Positions 47,836 to 58,423 of a stretch of DNA of 64,000 bases are shown piece after piece. The DNA comes from an uncultured Verrucomicrobiae bacterium (GTDB lineage: Bacteria > Verrucomicrobiota > Verrucomicrobiia > Limisphaerales > UBA11358): positions 406,865 to 470,864 of the forward strand of contig CAVQGB010000001.1 of assembly GCA_963711945.1 (NCBI GenBank), in the 5' to 3' direction. The position numbers and the translations under genes are program-made. Position 1 is the first letter of the stretch. Each line of letters starts with the position of its first letter. The notes under the pieces are model-generated. The model searched no databases, was not told where the DNA came from, and saw only the letters and a program-made list of their open reading frames with translations.

Positions 47836-49332
47836 ATGGAATACGAAGCCGTCATCGGACTGGAAACGCACGTCCAGCTCAAAACGAAATCGAAGATGTG
47901 GTGCGGCTGCGCCAACGACTTTGGCGCGCCGCCGAACACCAACGTCTGCCCCGTCTGCCTGGGCCTGCCCGGCGTGCTGCCCGTCCCCAACGACGAGGCG
48001 CTGCGCCTGACCGCGCTCACCGGCTATCTGCTGAATTGCGAAATTCCCCGCTTCGCCAAGTTCGACCGGAAGAATTACTTCTATCCGGACATGCCGAAGA
48101 ACTACCAGATCACGCAATACGACAAGCCGTCCACGGCAAACGGCTACGTCGAGTTTGAGTTCAACGGCGGCATCGCGCGCGTGCGCATCACCCGCGCGCA
48201 CCTGGAGGAGGACGTCGGCAAGAACTTCCATTTCGAGCGCAACAGCGGCGTGGATTTCAACCGCGCCGGCGTGCCGCTGATGGAAATCGTTTCCGAGCCG
48301 GACATCACCAGCGCGGACATGGCCTACGAATATCTCAACGCGCTCAAGGACATTCTGATTTATGGCGGCGTGAGCGATTGCGACATGGAAAAGGGCATGG
48401 TGCGCTGCGACGTGAACGTGACCGTGCGGCCCGTCGGCACGAAGGAACTCGGCGCGAAGATTGAAATCAAAAACATGAACAGCTTTTCCGGCGTCCGCCG
48501 CGCGCTGGAATACGAAATCCCGCGCCAGATTGAGGTGCTCAAGAAAGGCGGCAAGCTGATTCAATCCACGCGCCGCTGGGACGACGACGCCGGCGTGACC
48601 GAGGAGATGCGCACCAAGGAGCACGCGCACGATTACCGCTATTTCCCCGAGCCGGACTTGATGCCGTTCGAGCCGACGGAGGAATGGCTGGCGGAGGTGA
48701 AATCGCGCGTGGTGGAACTGCCGCTGGCGCGCAAGCAGCGGTTCATGCGCGATTACGATTTGCCCGCTGCTGACGCGCAGACTTTTGTTAATGATGTGCC
48801 GCTGGGAAATTATTTCGAGCCGATTGCCAAGCAGTCGAAAAACCCGAAGGCCGTGGCGAACTGGGTCATCAACAATCTGCGGGCGAAACTTTCAGAAAGT
48901 AGCAGCCGACGTGAGGAGGCTCTTCCTGAAAACCGGGAAATTGATCAGAGCCTCCTTACGTCGGCTGCCACGGAAATGACGCTCGCCAGCCTCAAATTCA
49001 AGCCCGAAGCGATTCTGGAACTGGTCAATTTGGTGGAGGCCAAGACCATCAGCAGTTCCGCCGCGCAGCAGGTGTTTGCCGAAATGTTCGAAACCGGCAA
49101 GTCCCCTGCCCTGATCGTCCGGGAAAAAGGCCTGGCGCAGGTCAGCGACACCGGCGCGATTGAAAAATTCTGCGACGAGGCGATTGCGGCAAATCCCGGA
49201 CCGGCCGCCGATTTCAAGTCCGGCAAGGCCGCCGCGCTGAATTTCCTCAAAGGCCAGGTGATGAAACTGAGCAAAGGCAAGGCGAACCCGGCGCTCGCCG
49301 GCGAAATTCTGGAGCGGAAGTTGAAGCTTTGA
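47836..49332 (+). CDS. gatB: Asp/Glu-tRNA amidotransferase subunit B
   Basis: MEYEAVIGLETHVQLKT.SKMWCGC..CPVCLGLPGVLPV.. Full length and intact. Confidence 0.95.
   Translation: MEYEAVIGLETHVQLKTKSKMWCGCANDFGAPPNTNVCPVCLGLPGVLPVPNDEALRLTALTGYLLNCEIPRFAKFDRKNYFYPDMPKNYQITQYDKPSTANGYVEFEFNGGIARVRITRAHLEEDVGKNFHFERNSGVDFNRAGVPLMEIVSEPDITSADMAYEYLNALKDILIYGGVSDCDMEKGMVRCDVNVTVRPVGTKELGAKIEIKNMNSFSGVRRALEYEIPRQIEVLKKGGKLIQSTRRWDDDAGVTEEMRTKEHAHDYRYFPEPDLMPFEPTEEWLAEVKSRVVELPLARKQRFMRDYDLPAADAQTFVNDVPLGNYFEPIAKQSKNPKAVANWVINNLRAKLSESSSRREEALPENREIDQSLLTSAATEMTLASLKFKPEAILELVNLVEAKTISSSAAQQVFAEMFETGKSPALIVREKGLAQVSDTGAIEKFCDEAIAANPGPAADFKSGKAAALNFLKGQVMKLSKGKANPALAGEILERKLKL
48899..48971. repeat. 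73-nt inverted-repeat (hairpin) element embedded in-frame in gatB
   Basis: gtagcagccgacgtgaggaggctc - 25 nt - gagcctccttacgtcggctgccac. The arms match the motif at 3019 and 8180. Confidence 0.9.
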
Positions 49333-49406
49333 GGTTGAATCTTGGCGGCGTTTTTTCTACGCTTCGAGCCTCGGTGCTTTGATTATCCATCGCTTTAACG
49401 AAAATT

Positions 49407-50177
49407 ATGCCATTGCTTGACGGGAAAACCGGGATCGTTTTCGGCGTTGCCAACCACCGCTCCATCGCCTGGGCCATCGCGCAGGCGTGGGCGCGCGAGG
49501 GCGCGAAACTCGCGTTCACCTACCAGGGCGAACGGCTCAAGGAAAATGTCGAGGATCTGGTCACAACCTTCGGCGGCGACACGCTCATTCTGCCGTGCGA
49601 CGTGACAAAGGATGACGAGATCGCCGGCGTTTTCAAGGCCGTCGGCGAAAAATTCGGCAAGCTGGATTTGCTCCTTCATTCCGTCGCGTTCGCGCCCAAG
49701 GACGCGCTCGAAGGCGAATTCGTGAACACCAGCCGCGAAGCGTTCCGCGTGGCGCACGACGTGAGCGCGTATTCGCTCGTAGCGCTCGCACGCGCCGCCG
49801 CGCCGCTGATGACCGCGGGCGGCAGCATCGTGGCGATGAGCTATTACGGCGCGGAAAAAGTCGTGCCGCACTACAACGTCATGGGCGTGGCCAAGGCCGC
49901 TCTGGAAGCCAGCACGCGCTATCTCGCCTACGATCTCGGCCCGAAAAAAATCCGCGTCAACTGCATCAGCGCCGGCCCGGTCAACACGCTGGCTGCGCGC
50001 GGCATCGGCGGCTTCACCGAAATGCTCAAGCAATACGAGGCCAGGTCGCCGCTGAAGCGGAACGTCCTGCCCGAAGAACTCGGCGCAACGGGAACTTTTC
50101 TTGCGAGCGACGGCGCGGCGGCCATCACCGGCCAGGTGATTTACGTGGATTGCGGCTACCAGATCATGGGGATGTGA
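49407..50177 (+). CDS. fabI: enoyl-ACP reductase (NADH)
   Basis: MPLLDGKTGIVFGVANHRSIAWAIA.. ..YYGAEKVVPHYNVMGVAKAALE.. Confidence 0.9.
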   Translation: MPLLDGKTGIVFGVANHRSIAWAIAQAWAREGAKLAFTYQGERLKENVEDLVTTFGGDTLILPCDVTKDDEIAGVFKAVGEKFGKLDLLLHSVAFAPKDALEGEFVNTSREAFRVAHDVSAYSLVALARAAAPLMTAGGSIVAMSYYGAEKVVPHYNVMGVAKAALEASTRYLAYDLGPKKIRVNCISAGPVNTLAARGIGGFTEMLKQYEARSPLKRNVLPEELGATGTFLASDGAAAITGQVIYVDCGYQIMGM

Positions 50178-50184
50178 CTTTTGG

Positions 50185-50251
50185 GGGTGGCACCGGCCTC
50201 TGTCCGGTTGTTTCGGGCGCCGCGCCCAAAACCGAACTGCCGCGGGTGAAC
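50185..50251. repeat. ~65-nt structured repeat, copy A
   Basis: It shares the blocks GGGTGGC / GGCCTC / GTTTCGGGCG-n3-CGCCC.AAAC / ACTGC / TGAAC with 61412-61476. Confidence 0.75.
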
Positions 50252-50436
50252 ACGCACGCGAAGACCCCGCTTCAAACAGAAACCTCTCCCCGCGCTCGAA
50301 ATTCGGCGCGACGCCGGCGCCACCAAGGTTCTTACGAGGCTCGCTCCGGCCGAATCATTTCAATCCGGTCGCGTCTCCTGCAAGGCCAGTGCGGCATGGC
50401 CATGCGCCCGATTTGAGATGCATGACCTGCTGACAA

Positions 50437-51734
50437 TTACGTCAAATGCATGAGGCGCGCAACGTAGCCGCCATCCACGCCGTCGGCAAATGGCAGCAGT
50501 TCGCGTTCAGACTCCAACTTGAAATTGGCGTGCTCGGCGAGAAATTCCTTCACGACGCCGGAATTTTCCTCCGGCTCAAGGCTGCAGGTGCTGTAAATCA
50601 AAACGCCGCCGGGTTTCAATTTCGCCGCGGCGAGCTTGAGCAATTCCAATTGCGTCTGTTGCAGCCGCGAAATTTCCTCCGGCGGAAATCCGCCAGCGCA
50701 AATCCACGCGGCGCCGCATGACTCCGGTGTTCGAGCAGGGGGCGTCAACCAAAATGCGGTCGAAGGCTGAAGGCCGGCGGGTGAAATCTGAAATTAAAAT
50801 CGGTTCAACGCAAGTCACGCCGAGGCGCCCGCAATTTTCACGGATCAATTTCAGCCGTTTTTCGGAATTGTCGCAGGCGATGATTTTGCCTTCGTTGTTC
50901 ATCAGTTGCGCGATGAAGGTGGTCTTGCCGCCGGGCGCGGCGCACAAATCCAAAATTGTTTCGCCGGGCCGCGCGCCAAGTCTGCAACGGCGCGAGCAGC
51001 GTGCCGGGGTCTTGAACGTAAAACCAGCCGTCGCGAAAACTGCCAAGCGAGTTGAGCAGTGGATGCGATTTCAGCTCGAAGACAAGATTTTCCTCCAGCC
51101 AGTCGCGCCGGACGAAGTCGTATTCCACATTTTCCTCGCGCCATTTTTCCACCAGTTTGCCGGCATCGGTTTTCAGCGTGTTGACCCGCGCAAAGGTTTT
51201 CGGCGGCGTGTTGTTCCATTCGAGAAGCTGGCGCGTTTTTTCGTCGCCAAAGCGTTTCCGCCATTTCTCGACAAGCCATTGCGGATGCGAGTAGCCGGTT
51301 GCGGGATCGGAAATTTTCAGTTCGGCGAGGATTTTTTTTGTTTCGTCGAATTCGCGCAGGTAGCCGCGCAGGATGGCGTTGACAAATCCGGCCTGCGGGC
51401 CGAAGCCGAGCTGTTTGGCGAGTTCGACGGTTTCGTGGACGGCGGCATGCGGCGGAATGCGGTCGAGCCAGAAAGTCTGGTAGAGGCCGAGACGCAGCAG
51501 GTTTTGCAGCGCGGCTTTTTGTTCGCGCCCGGCTGTTTTTCTGGCGATGAGCCAGTCCAGCGCCGCCTGCCAGCGGACGATGCCATAAACCATCTCCTGG
51601 CAGAGCTTGCGATCGGCGGGCGAAAGCCGCGCGTTGGCGAGCGCGCGGTCCAGCAGATTTTCCGTGAATTCGCCGCCGGCGCGCCGCTGCCCCAAAATCC
51701 GCACCGCAATTTCTCTTGGTTTTTGTGCGTTCAT
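50437..51734 (-). pseudogene. rsmB: 16S rRNA (cytosine967-C5)-methyltransferase; 2 frameshifts (near 50995 and 50700)
   Basis: NusB-like N-terminus MNAQKPREIAVRIL.., then ILDLCAAPGGKT, VDAPCSNTGVMRR and GGVLIYSTCSLEPEEN, in three frames. Confidence 0.85.
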
Positions 51735-51785
51735 CGCGTTTAATGGATCATTGTGAATTCGTGACGGGCAAAATACGATTTTATT

Positions 51786-53659
51786 ATGAGAGAAGAATTT
51801 GAAAAACTGGCGGCGGCGGGAAAAATCGAAGGACGCCACGTGGAGCCGCTGACCAGCCTGGCAACGGGCGGTTTTTGCATGCACCGCAGTTGGGGGTTCG
51901 GACGGATCAAGACGGTGGACACGGTGTTCGCGCGGTTCACGATTGATTTTCCCGGCAAGCCCGGCCACACGATGGATCTGGCGTTCGCCGCCGAATCGCT
52001 CAAGCCGATTCCCAAGGAACACATCCTCGCGCGCAAGGCCAACGACCTGGACGGCGTCCGCCAGATGGCCGCGCATCATCTCGATTTGATCAAGCTCGTG
52101 CTGAACAGCTACGGCGGCAGGGCGACGGCGGAGCAGATCCAGCAGGTGCTCGTGCCCGATGTCATCACGCGACGATTGGAAGAAATGGTGGGAAACCGCG
52201 CGGCGCGAAATGAAAAAGGACGGCCATTTCATCGTGCCGCTGAAAAAAACGGAGCCGGTCATTTTCCAGGCGCAGGAAACGTCGTTGCAGGAACGGCTGC
52301 TCGCGGATTTTCGCAAGGCAAAGGGTTTGAAGGCGCGCGTCGCGGTGGTGGCGGAAGTGCTCAAGGCGATGCCGGATTTGACGGACAAAACCGGCCGCGG
52401 CCAATGAAATCATCGCCGCGCTGAACCCGGACATCGCATCGCATCAGCGCACGCAGCCGGCGGTCGCGCTGGAGGCGATTTTTGCGCGCGACGAATTGCG
52501 CGCCGCCGCCGGGCTTCCAGCCCGCGCCGGACGAAATCACCGACGCGCAGATGTGGCTGCAGGACGGTCTCAAGTTCGGCCCGGTGCTGGAGGCGGTTCC
52601 CGCCGCGAAACATCATCACGCGCTGGCGTCGTTCAAGGCGGCAAACCCCGAACACTGGCCGGAAGTCACGCGAAACGCGCTTGAATTTCGTCTCCGCAAA
52701 ACTGTGCCGCGAACTCGCCAGCCTGCTCGTTCAGGGCGGCAAAATGGAGTTGCTCAAGGAAACGCTCGCGCGGCTCGTCAGCCAGCACACGGCCAGCAGC
52801 GAGTTGCTGCTCTGGCTCGGGCGCGACCGCAACGATTCATTTGCGGACATCCTCGGCCCGGAGGTTTTCCGCGCGATGCTCACGGCGATGGAGCGCGACC
52901 AGTTCAACGAAAAACGCTCCAACCGCCTGCGCGAATACATCCTCGACGACCAGGAGTTGCTCGGCGAACTGACCGCCTCCGCCGACATCGAGGTCATCAA
53001 GGACCTCACCCGCGCGCTGCAACTTTCGACGGTGTTCGACGACATGGACAAGCGTTCGCTGCTCGCGCGGCTCGTCAAGGCGCATCCCGCCGTGCAATCG
53101 CTCGTCAGCGGCGAGCAGACCAAGCAGGACAGCTCGCTGCTCGTTTCGTGGGAAAGCCTCGAACGCCGCCGCGACCGAATACCAGGAACTCGTGCAGAAA
53201 AAAATCCCGGCCAACTCGAAGGAAATCGCCCTCGCCCGCAGCTACGGCGACTTGAGCGAAAACCACGAATACAAGGCCGCCAAGGAAATGCAGAAAATCC
53301 TCATGCGCCGCAAGGAGGAGCTGGAGTCGCAACTCATGCGCGCCCGCGGCACGGATTTTTCAAATGCCAGGACCGACGCCGTCAGCATCGGCACCATCGT
53401 GGAGGCGACCGACCTCGGCACAAACCAGCGCGAAACCTTCACGATTCTCGGCGCGTGGGATTCCGACCCGGACAAGGGCGTCATCAGCTACCTGTCGCCC
53501 GTCGGCGCGGCGTTGCTGAACCACAAGGTCGGCGACGAGGTGGAATTTGAATTTCACGGCGCGAAACACCGGCACCGCATCGAAAAAATCGAGGCGTGGA
53601 AAAGCGAGCCGCCCGCGGCACCGCCCGCCGCTTCAGCGGAAGCGCAGCCGCAGGTTTGA
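51786..53659 (+). pseudogene. greA: long-form GreA-family transcript cleavage factor (~620 aa); at least 4 frameshifts
   Basis: The C-terminal ~160 aa form a full GreA (GDLSENHEYKAAKEMQ.. and ..VSIGTIVEATDL..ISYLSPVGAALLNHKVGDEVEF). The N-terminus has a CarD-like GFCMHRSWGFGRIKTVD. Confidence 0.7.
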
Positions 53660-53750
53660 CGTAGCGGCTCCTCGGCAGAGAGCCGCATTATGCAAATCTC
53701 AAAAATAAATGCGGCGGTCTGCCGACCGCCGCTACGAATGACTGGAGCTT

Positions 53751-54197
53751 TCAGGCTTTTCCGCCGAAGCTGACGTAATCGTCCAGGTCCAGCACGTCAA
53801 ACCATGTGGCGATGTCCGTCGCGTTTGGGCGCGGCGGTCTTGTGAATTTCGTTGAAATGCTCGCGCGATTCCGGGATTGTCCGGCGCGCGCTGTTCCTGC
53901 CAACGCCGACCACGCGGCGATTTCCGCCGGCGCGTGCTTGTGCTTCGCGTTGGCGTTGATCCATTCCAGAACTTCGCTGTCGCTTTTGCCAAGATGCTTT
54001 TTCAGATCTTCCGGATCAATGCCGACGAATTCCAGGAAATCCTGGTCCAGCGGGCAGGCGTAATGATATTCGCCGTTTTTGCCGGCGAGCGTCGCGCGGC
54101 CCTTGTCGAGCATGCGCGGCAGAATCACGTAGCCGCCCAGCCGCACGCGCGGACTGCGCGGCGGAAACTTCGTCAAATCAGGTGTGTGCAATGACAT
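53751..54197 (-). CDS. DUF5069-like protein
   Basis: ..PRSPRVRLGGYVILPRMLDKGRATLAGKNGEYHYACPLDQDFLEF.. ..DIATWFDVLDLDD. The middle part may contain compensating indels. Confidence 0.5.
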   Translation of the reverse strand: MSLHTPDLTKFPPRSPRVRLGGYVILPRMLDKGRATLAGKNGEYHYACPLDQDFLEFVGIDPEDLKKHLGKSDSEVLEWINANAKHKHAPAEIAAWSALAGTARAGQSRNRASISTKFTRPPRPNATDIATWFDVLDLDDYVSFGGKA

Positions 54198-54356
54198 AAT
54201 TGTTCCTTTGGTTAATTTTTTCGTCGTCCTCGTTCTCGTCCTCGATTTTTCATTCCGATTACCGAGCGTCCTTGCGGATTTTCGCGTCGTCGCGCACTCA
54301 ACTTGCACCGAAAATGCCGAATTGCAAGCGGCGCGTAAAAATTTTATCCTGTCCGC

Positions 54357-55055
54357 GTGAAACACTCTGGAAAAGCCGCGCTCGCCGCGCTGAAGCTCAT
54401 CGGCCTGCGGGCTTGCGGCGCTCGCTCGTGCTGCTGGCCGTCGCGTTTCTGGGCAAAGTCGTCGGCGCGTTCATCCTGGAATATTTGACGTGGGTTCTGA
54501 TTTCGCTGTGGGTGCTTTTCGCCGTGTTCACGTTTTATTTCTTCCGCGACCCCGACCCGCTGACGCCGACCGGCGCAAACCTCGTCATCGCGCCCGGCCA
54601 CGGCAAGGTGGACGTGATTGACACGACGACCGAACCGGATTTCATGGGCGGCGAATGCCGGCGCATCTCCATTTTTCTTTCCGTGTTCGACGTCCACGTG
54701 CAAAACGCGCCGGTGACGGGCCGCATCGCCTTTTTCAAACACACGCCCGGCCAGTATCTCAACGCGATGAAAACCGACTCCGCGCAGTTCAACGAAAATG
54801 TTTTGATCGGTTTCGATGCCGCCGAGCCGCGCGGCGAAAAAATCGGCGTGCGCCTCATCGCCGGCCTGATTGCGCGCCGCATCGTGCCGTGGGTCGCGCA
54901 AAACGACGCCGTCCAGCGCGGCGAACGCATCAGCCTGATCCAATTCGGCTCGCGCGTGGAACGTTTATCTGCCGATGCGCGCGAAAATCAAGGTCAAGCT
55001 CGGCGACAAGGTGGTCGGCGGCGAAACGGTGATTGCGTCGTTCGACTTGAAATGA
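54357..55055 (+). pseudogene. psd: phosphatidylserine decarboxylase (short type); frameshift near 54960 and probably one near the start
   Basis: ..VIAPGHGKVDVID..ISIFLSVFDVHVQNAPV..IQFGSRV then, after a 1-nt shift, DVYLPMRAKIKVKLGDKVVGGETVIASFDLK. Confidence 0.75.
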
Positions 55056-55914
55056 ACGAGCCCATTCCCAAACCGCCGCCCGATGATCCGGAAGCAAAGC
55101 TGAAAATTTATTTTCTGCCGAACCTGCTGACGGCGGGAAATCTGTTCTGCGGCTTCGTGGCGCTGACAAAGATCGTGGACGCCGATCCGTTCGCGGACAA
55201 TTATTTCAGCCAGATCAAGCTGGCGCTGGCGTTCATTTTGCTGGCGTGCATTTTCGATTTGTTCGACGGGCGCGTGGCGCGCATGGGCGGCGTGGAAAGC
55301 CCGTTCGGGCGCGAGTTCGATTCGCTGGCCGACCTGGTTTCCTTCGGCGTCGCGCCGGCGTTTCTGGTCCAGCGCGTCGTGCTGGCGGATGTTTTCGGCG
55401 AATACCACCAGATCAGCTGGTTCATCGCCTCGATTTATCTGCTCTGCGGCGCGTTCCGGCTGGCGCGGTTCAATTGCCTGTCCGCGATGCCGCACAGCGG
55501 CGGCGGCAAGGATTTTCTGGGCTTTCCCATTCCGTCGGCGGCGGGGCTGGTGGCGTCGCTGACGCTGCTCATCATTCATTTCAACGAAAATGGAAAAGAG
55601 CACTCTCGGCCACTGGAATTATCTGATCGCGGCCGTGCTCGTTGTTTTTGTCGGCCATGATGGTCAGCACGGTGCGGTATCCCAGCTTCAAATCGCTGGG
55701 ACTGCGCTCGCACCAGCACGTTCATGAAGGCGATCGGCGCGGCGCTGTTCGTCGGCTGCATCTGGTGATTTTGCGCGAAAAAATCCTTTATTACGTCCTG
55801 CCGGCGTTTTTCACGCTGTATCTGGTTTATGGTTTCGTCCGGCCGAGCCTCTCGCGCGCGTGGCGGCGGGAAATCGAAGAAGAGGACGACGAACCGGACG
55901 ACCGCGAATCAACC
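55052..55914 (+). pseudogene. pssA: CDP-diacylglycerol-serine O-phosphatidyltransferase; frameshifts near 55600-55740; 3-prime end unclear
   Basis: The ATG overlaps the psd stop (ATGA). The CDP-alcohol transferase motif is DLFDGRVARMGGVESPFGREFDSLADLV. Confidence 0.75.
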
Positions 55915-56610
55915 ATGTCTGAACTGCCACCCATCCTTCATCGCCGCGCTCGCGGGCTTTGTCGTCGCGCTGCTGTTTTCCGCGATGCCCGTCGGGCCGG
56001 TCAACCTCACCATCATCAACGAAGGCGCGCAGCGCGGATTCAAATGGGCGATGCTCATCGGCCTCGGCGCGTCGGCGATGGAGGTGATTTACTGCACGAT
56101 CTGCGTTCACCGGCTTTTCCACTTTTTTTGGAAGCCCCACCGTCAGGGCGCTCATGGAGGTGTTCAGCTTCGTTTTCCTTTTGTTTCTCGGCGGGAAATT
56201 TCTTTCGGCCAAATCCGTGACCGTGCCGACCAAGCTCGACGCCGCCTCCGAAAAAATCGAGGCGCGCATCGGCGAAAAATTGCATCCGCATTCGGCGTTC
56301 ATGACCGGCTTCGTTCGCGTGATGGGCAACCTCGGCGTGCTGCTGTTTTGGATCGTCCTCGCCGCGCAGACTTCATCGCGCACGACTGGGTGGCCGACAC
56401 GTTCGCCGCCAAGGCGGCGATGCATCGCCGGCGTGGCGCTGGGCACGAACACGTGGTTTTGCGCGTTGAGCTTCGCCGTGTCGCGCGGCCACGGCCGGTT
56501 CAGACGAGCAAACGCTGCTGCGCATGCAGCACTTTTCCGGCCTTTGCCTGCTCGTCATCGGCATCATTGACGGCGGGCACATCGTCTGGCAACTCGCCCG
56601 GCACTCGCAC
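55915..56610 (+). pseudogene. LysE/RhtB-family exporter; several frameshifts; end approximate
   Basis: MSELPP|SFIAALAGFVVALLFSAMPVGPVNLTII.. / ..MEVFSFVFLLFLGGKFL.. / ..[14 protein letters not shown].. in three frames. Confidence 0.55.
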
Positions 56611-56694
56611 GACACCGGATGTGAACAACAATATGTTTTGTCCCGGCGCGGCTTCGTGGTTAATTTGATTGTCCGCCCCTGGCGGCAACTATTT

Positions 56695-57806
56695 ATGCTC
56701 AAAGCCGGAATCGTCGGACTGCCCAACGTGGGCAAATCCACGCTGTTCAACGCCGTCACCCGCACCCACAAGGCGCCGGCGGAGAATTATCCGTTCTGCA
56801 CCATCGAGCCGAACGTCGGCGTCGTCACCGTGCCGGACGCCGCGGCTCGAACCGCTCGCCAAAATCGCCAGGACCACCGTCATCATCCCGGCGGCGATTG
56901 AATTCGTGGACATCGCCGGCCTCGTCAAGGGCGCGAGCGCACGGCGAAGGTCTGGGCAACAAATTCCTCAGCCACATCCGCGAGGTGGACGCCATCGTGC
57001 AGGTCGTCCGCTGCTTCGAGGACCCGGACATCCACCACGTCACCGGCGCGATTGACCCCGTGCGCGACATCGAAATCATCAACACCGAACTCGTGCATCG
57101 CCGACCTCGAAACGATCAAGAAACGCCGCGAGAAAATGGCCAAGGACGTGAAACGCGGCGACAAGCCCGCCATCGCGGAGGACGCCGTGCTGGCGAAATT
57201 TGAACCGCGTGCTCGAACACCGGCAAACTGGCGCTGGCTCGTCCAGCTCACGCCGGAGGAAAAAGTCGTTGTCCAAGAATTTCTTCCTGCTGACCGACAA
57301 GCCGACGATTTTCGCCTGCAACGTGAAGGAATCCGACCTCGCCACCGCCGACACAAATCCGTTCGTCCTGAAAGTGCAGCGACTACGTCAAAACGCACCT
57401 CGCCTGCGAAGCCGTCGTCATCAGCGCGCAAATTGAGAGCGACTTGATTGATTTGTCGCCGGACGAGGCGAAGCAATTTCTGAAGGAACTCGGCGTGGAG
57501 GAATCCGGCGTCGGCCAGCTCATCCGCGCCACCTATCATCTGCTCGGCCTGCGGACATATCTCACCGCCGGCGAAAAGGAGGTCCGCGCCTGGACGATTC
57601 ACGCCGGCGACACCGCGCCCAAGGCGGCGGGCGTGATTCACTCCGATTTCGAACGCGGCTTCATCAAGGCCGAAACCGTGGCCTACGACGATTTGGTGAA
57701 GTGCGGCTCGGTCGCCGCCGCGCGCGAAAAGGGCCTTTACCGGATGGAAGGCAAGGAGTACGTCGTCAAAGACGGCGACGTGCTGCTGTTCAAATTCAAC
57801 GTGTGA
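56695..57806 (+). pseudogene. ychF: ribosome-binding ATPase YchF; at least 4-5 frameshifts
   Basis: [20 protein letters not shown].. / ..[14 protein letters not shown] / [25 protein letters not shown].. / ..LLTDKPTIFACNV.. / ..GVIHSDFERGFIKAE..KDGDVLLFKFNV. Confidence 0.9.
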
Positions 57807-57931
57807 ATCGCCGCCTTTGAAGCGTCGTAATTCAAGTGGACAGGTGACAGTGAAAGGCCTAGCGTCGTTCCGGTGATGAAAGTAAAATCGCACACTTGCG
57901 GTTCAAGAATAGGTTGAGTTGCTTAAGAGCC

Positions 57932-58312
57932 ATGATTCATTATCGCATCATAGCTTCAGTGTGGTTGTTGATTGGAGTTGTTGGTTTCATCACCAGCTTC
58001 CTTGACTCTTTCCGGCTATTTCGCGCCGAAGTTTCGTTCGTCAGCGGGGATATGATTTGGACTTTCATCGTCGTTGCGTTCTGTGCGCTGGCCGCCGTCA
58101 TCGCTGTCGGACTGTTTCGCGCCAGAAAATGGGCGCGGATTTTTATCAGCATTCTTGCCGTGTTACTATGCTTTTACAGCCTCCTTTTCATCAGAATGGC
58201 TGGCTTGCGCTGGGGAGTTGCAATTTATTGCGCGGCTTGGTTTGGAGTTGCATTTGTGCTATACACATTGGCAGTGATTTGGGTTTTGCGAGCACACGAA
58301 CCAGCAGCCTAA
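57932..58312 (+). CDS. 4-TM membrane protein, hypothetical (AT-rich)
   Basis: MIHYRIIASVWLLIGVVGFI.. Confidence 0.45.
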   Translation: MIHYRIIASVWLLIGVVGFITSFLDSFRLFRAEVSFVSGDMIWTFIVVAFCALAAVIAVGLFRARKWARIFISILAVLLCFYSLLFIRMAGLRWGVAIYCAAWFGVAFVLYTLAVIWVLRAHEPAA

Positions 58313-58423
58313 AACCGCACTAGGTTTTTGACACTTTGTTCGATTATCTCATGGTTCCGGCGTCTGCTGGCACCGGACACGGATACCCAAGGAGAGACCG
58401 GTTGCCACGTTAAATTGCACCAG

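Noticed and set aside
50838-52388. The 516-aa ORF on the minus strand.
   Set aside because: It is a chimera. Only the part below 51734 is rsmB. The part above is antisense to the long greA gene.
54200-55660. The 486-aa ORF read as a single protein.
   Set aside because: It is a composite of psd and pssA joined by a 1-nt indel near 54960. After frame correction psd ends at 55055 and pssA starts at 55052.
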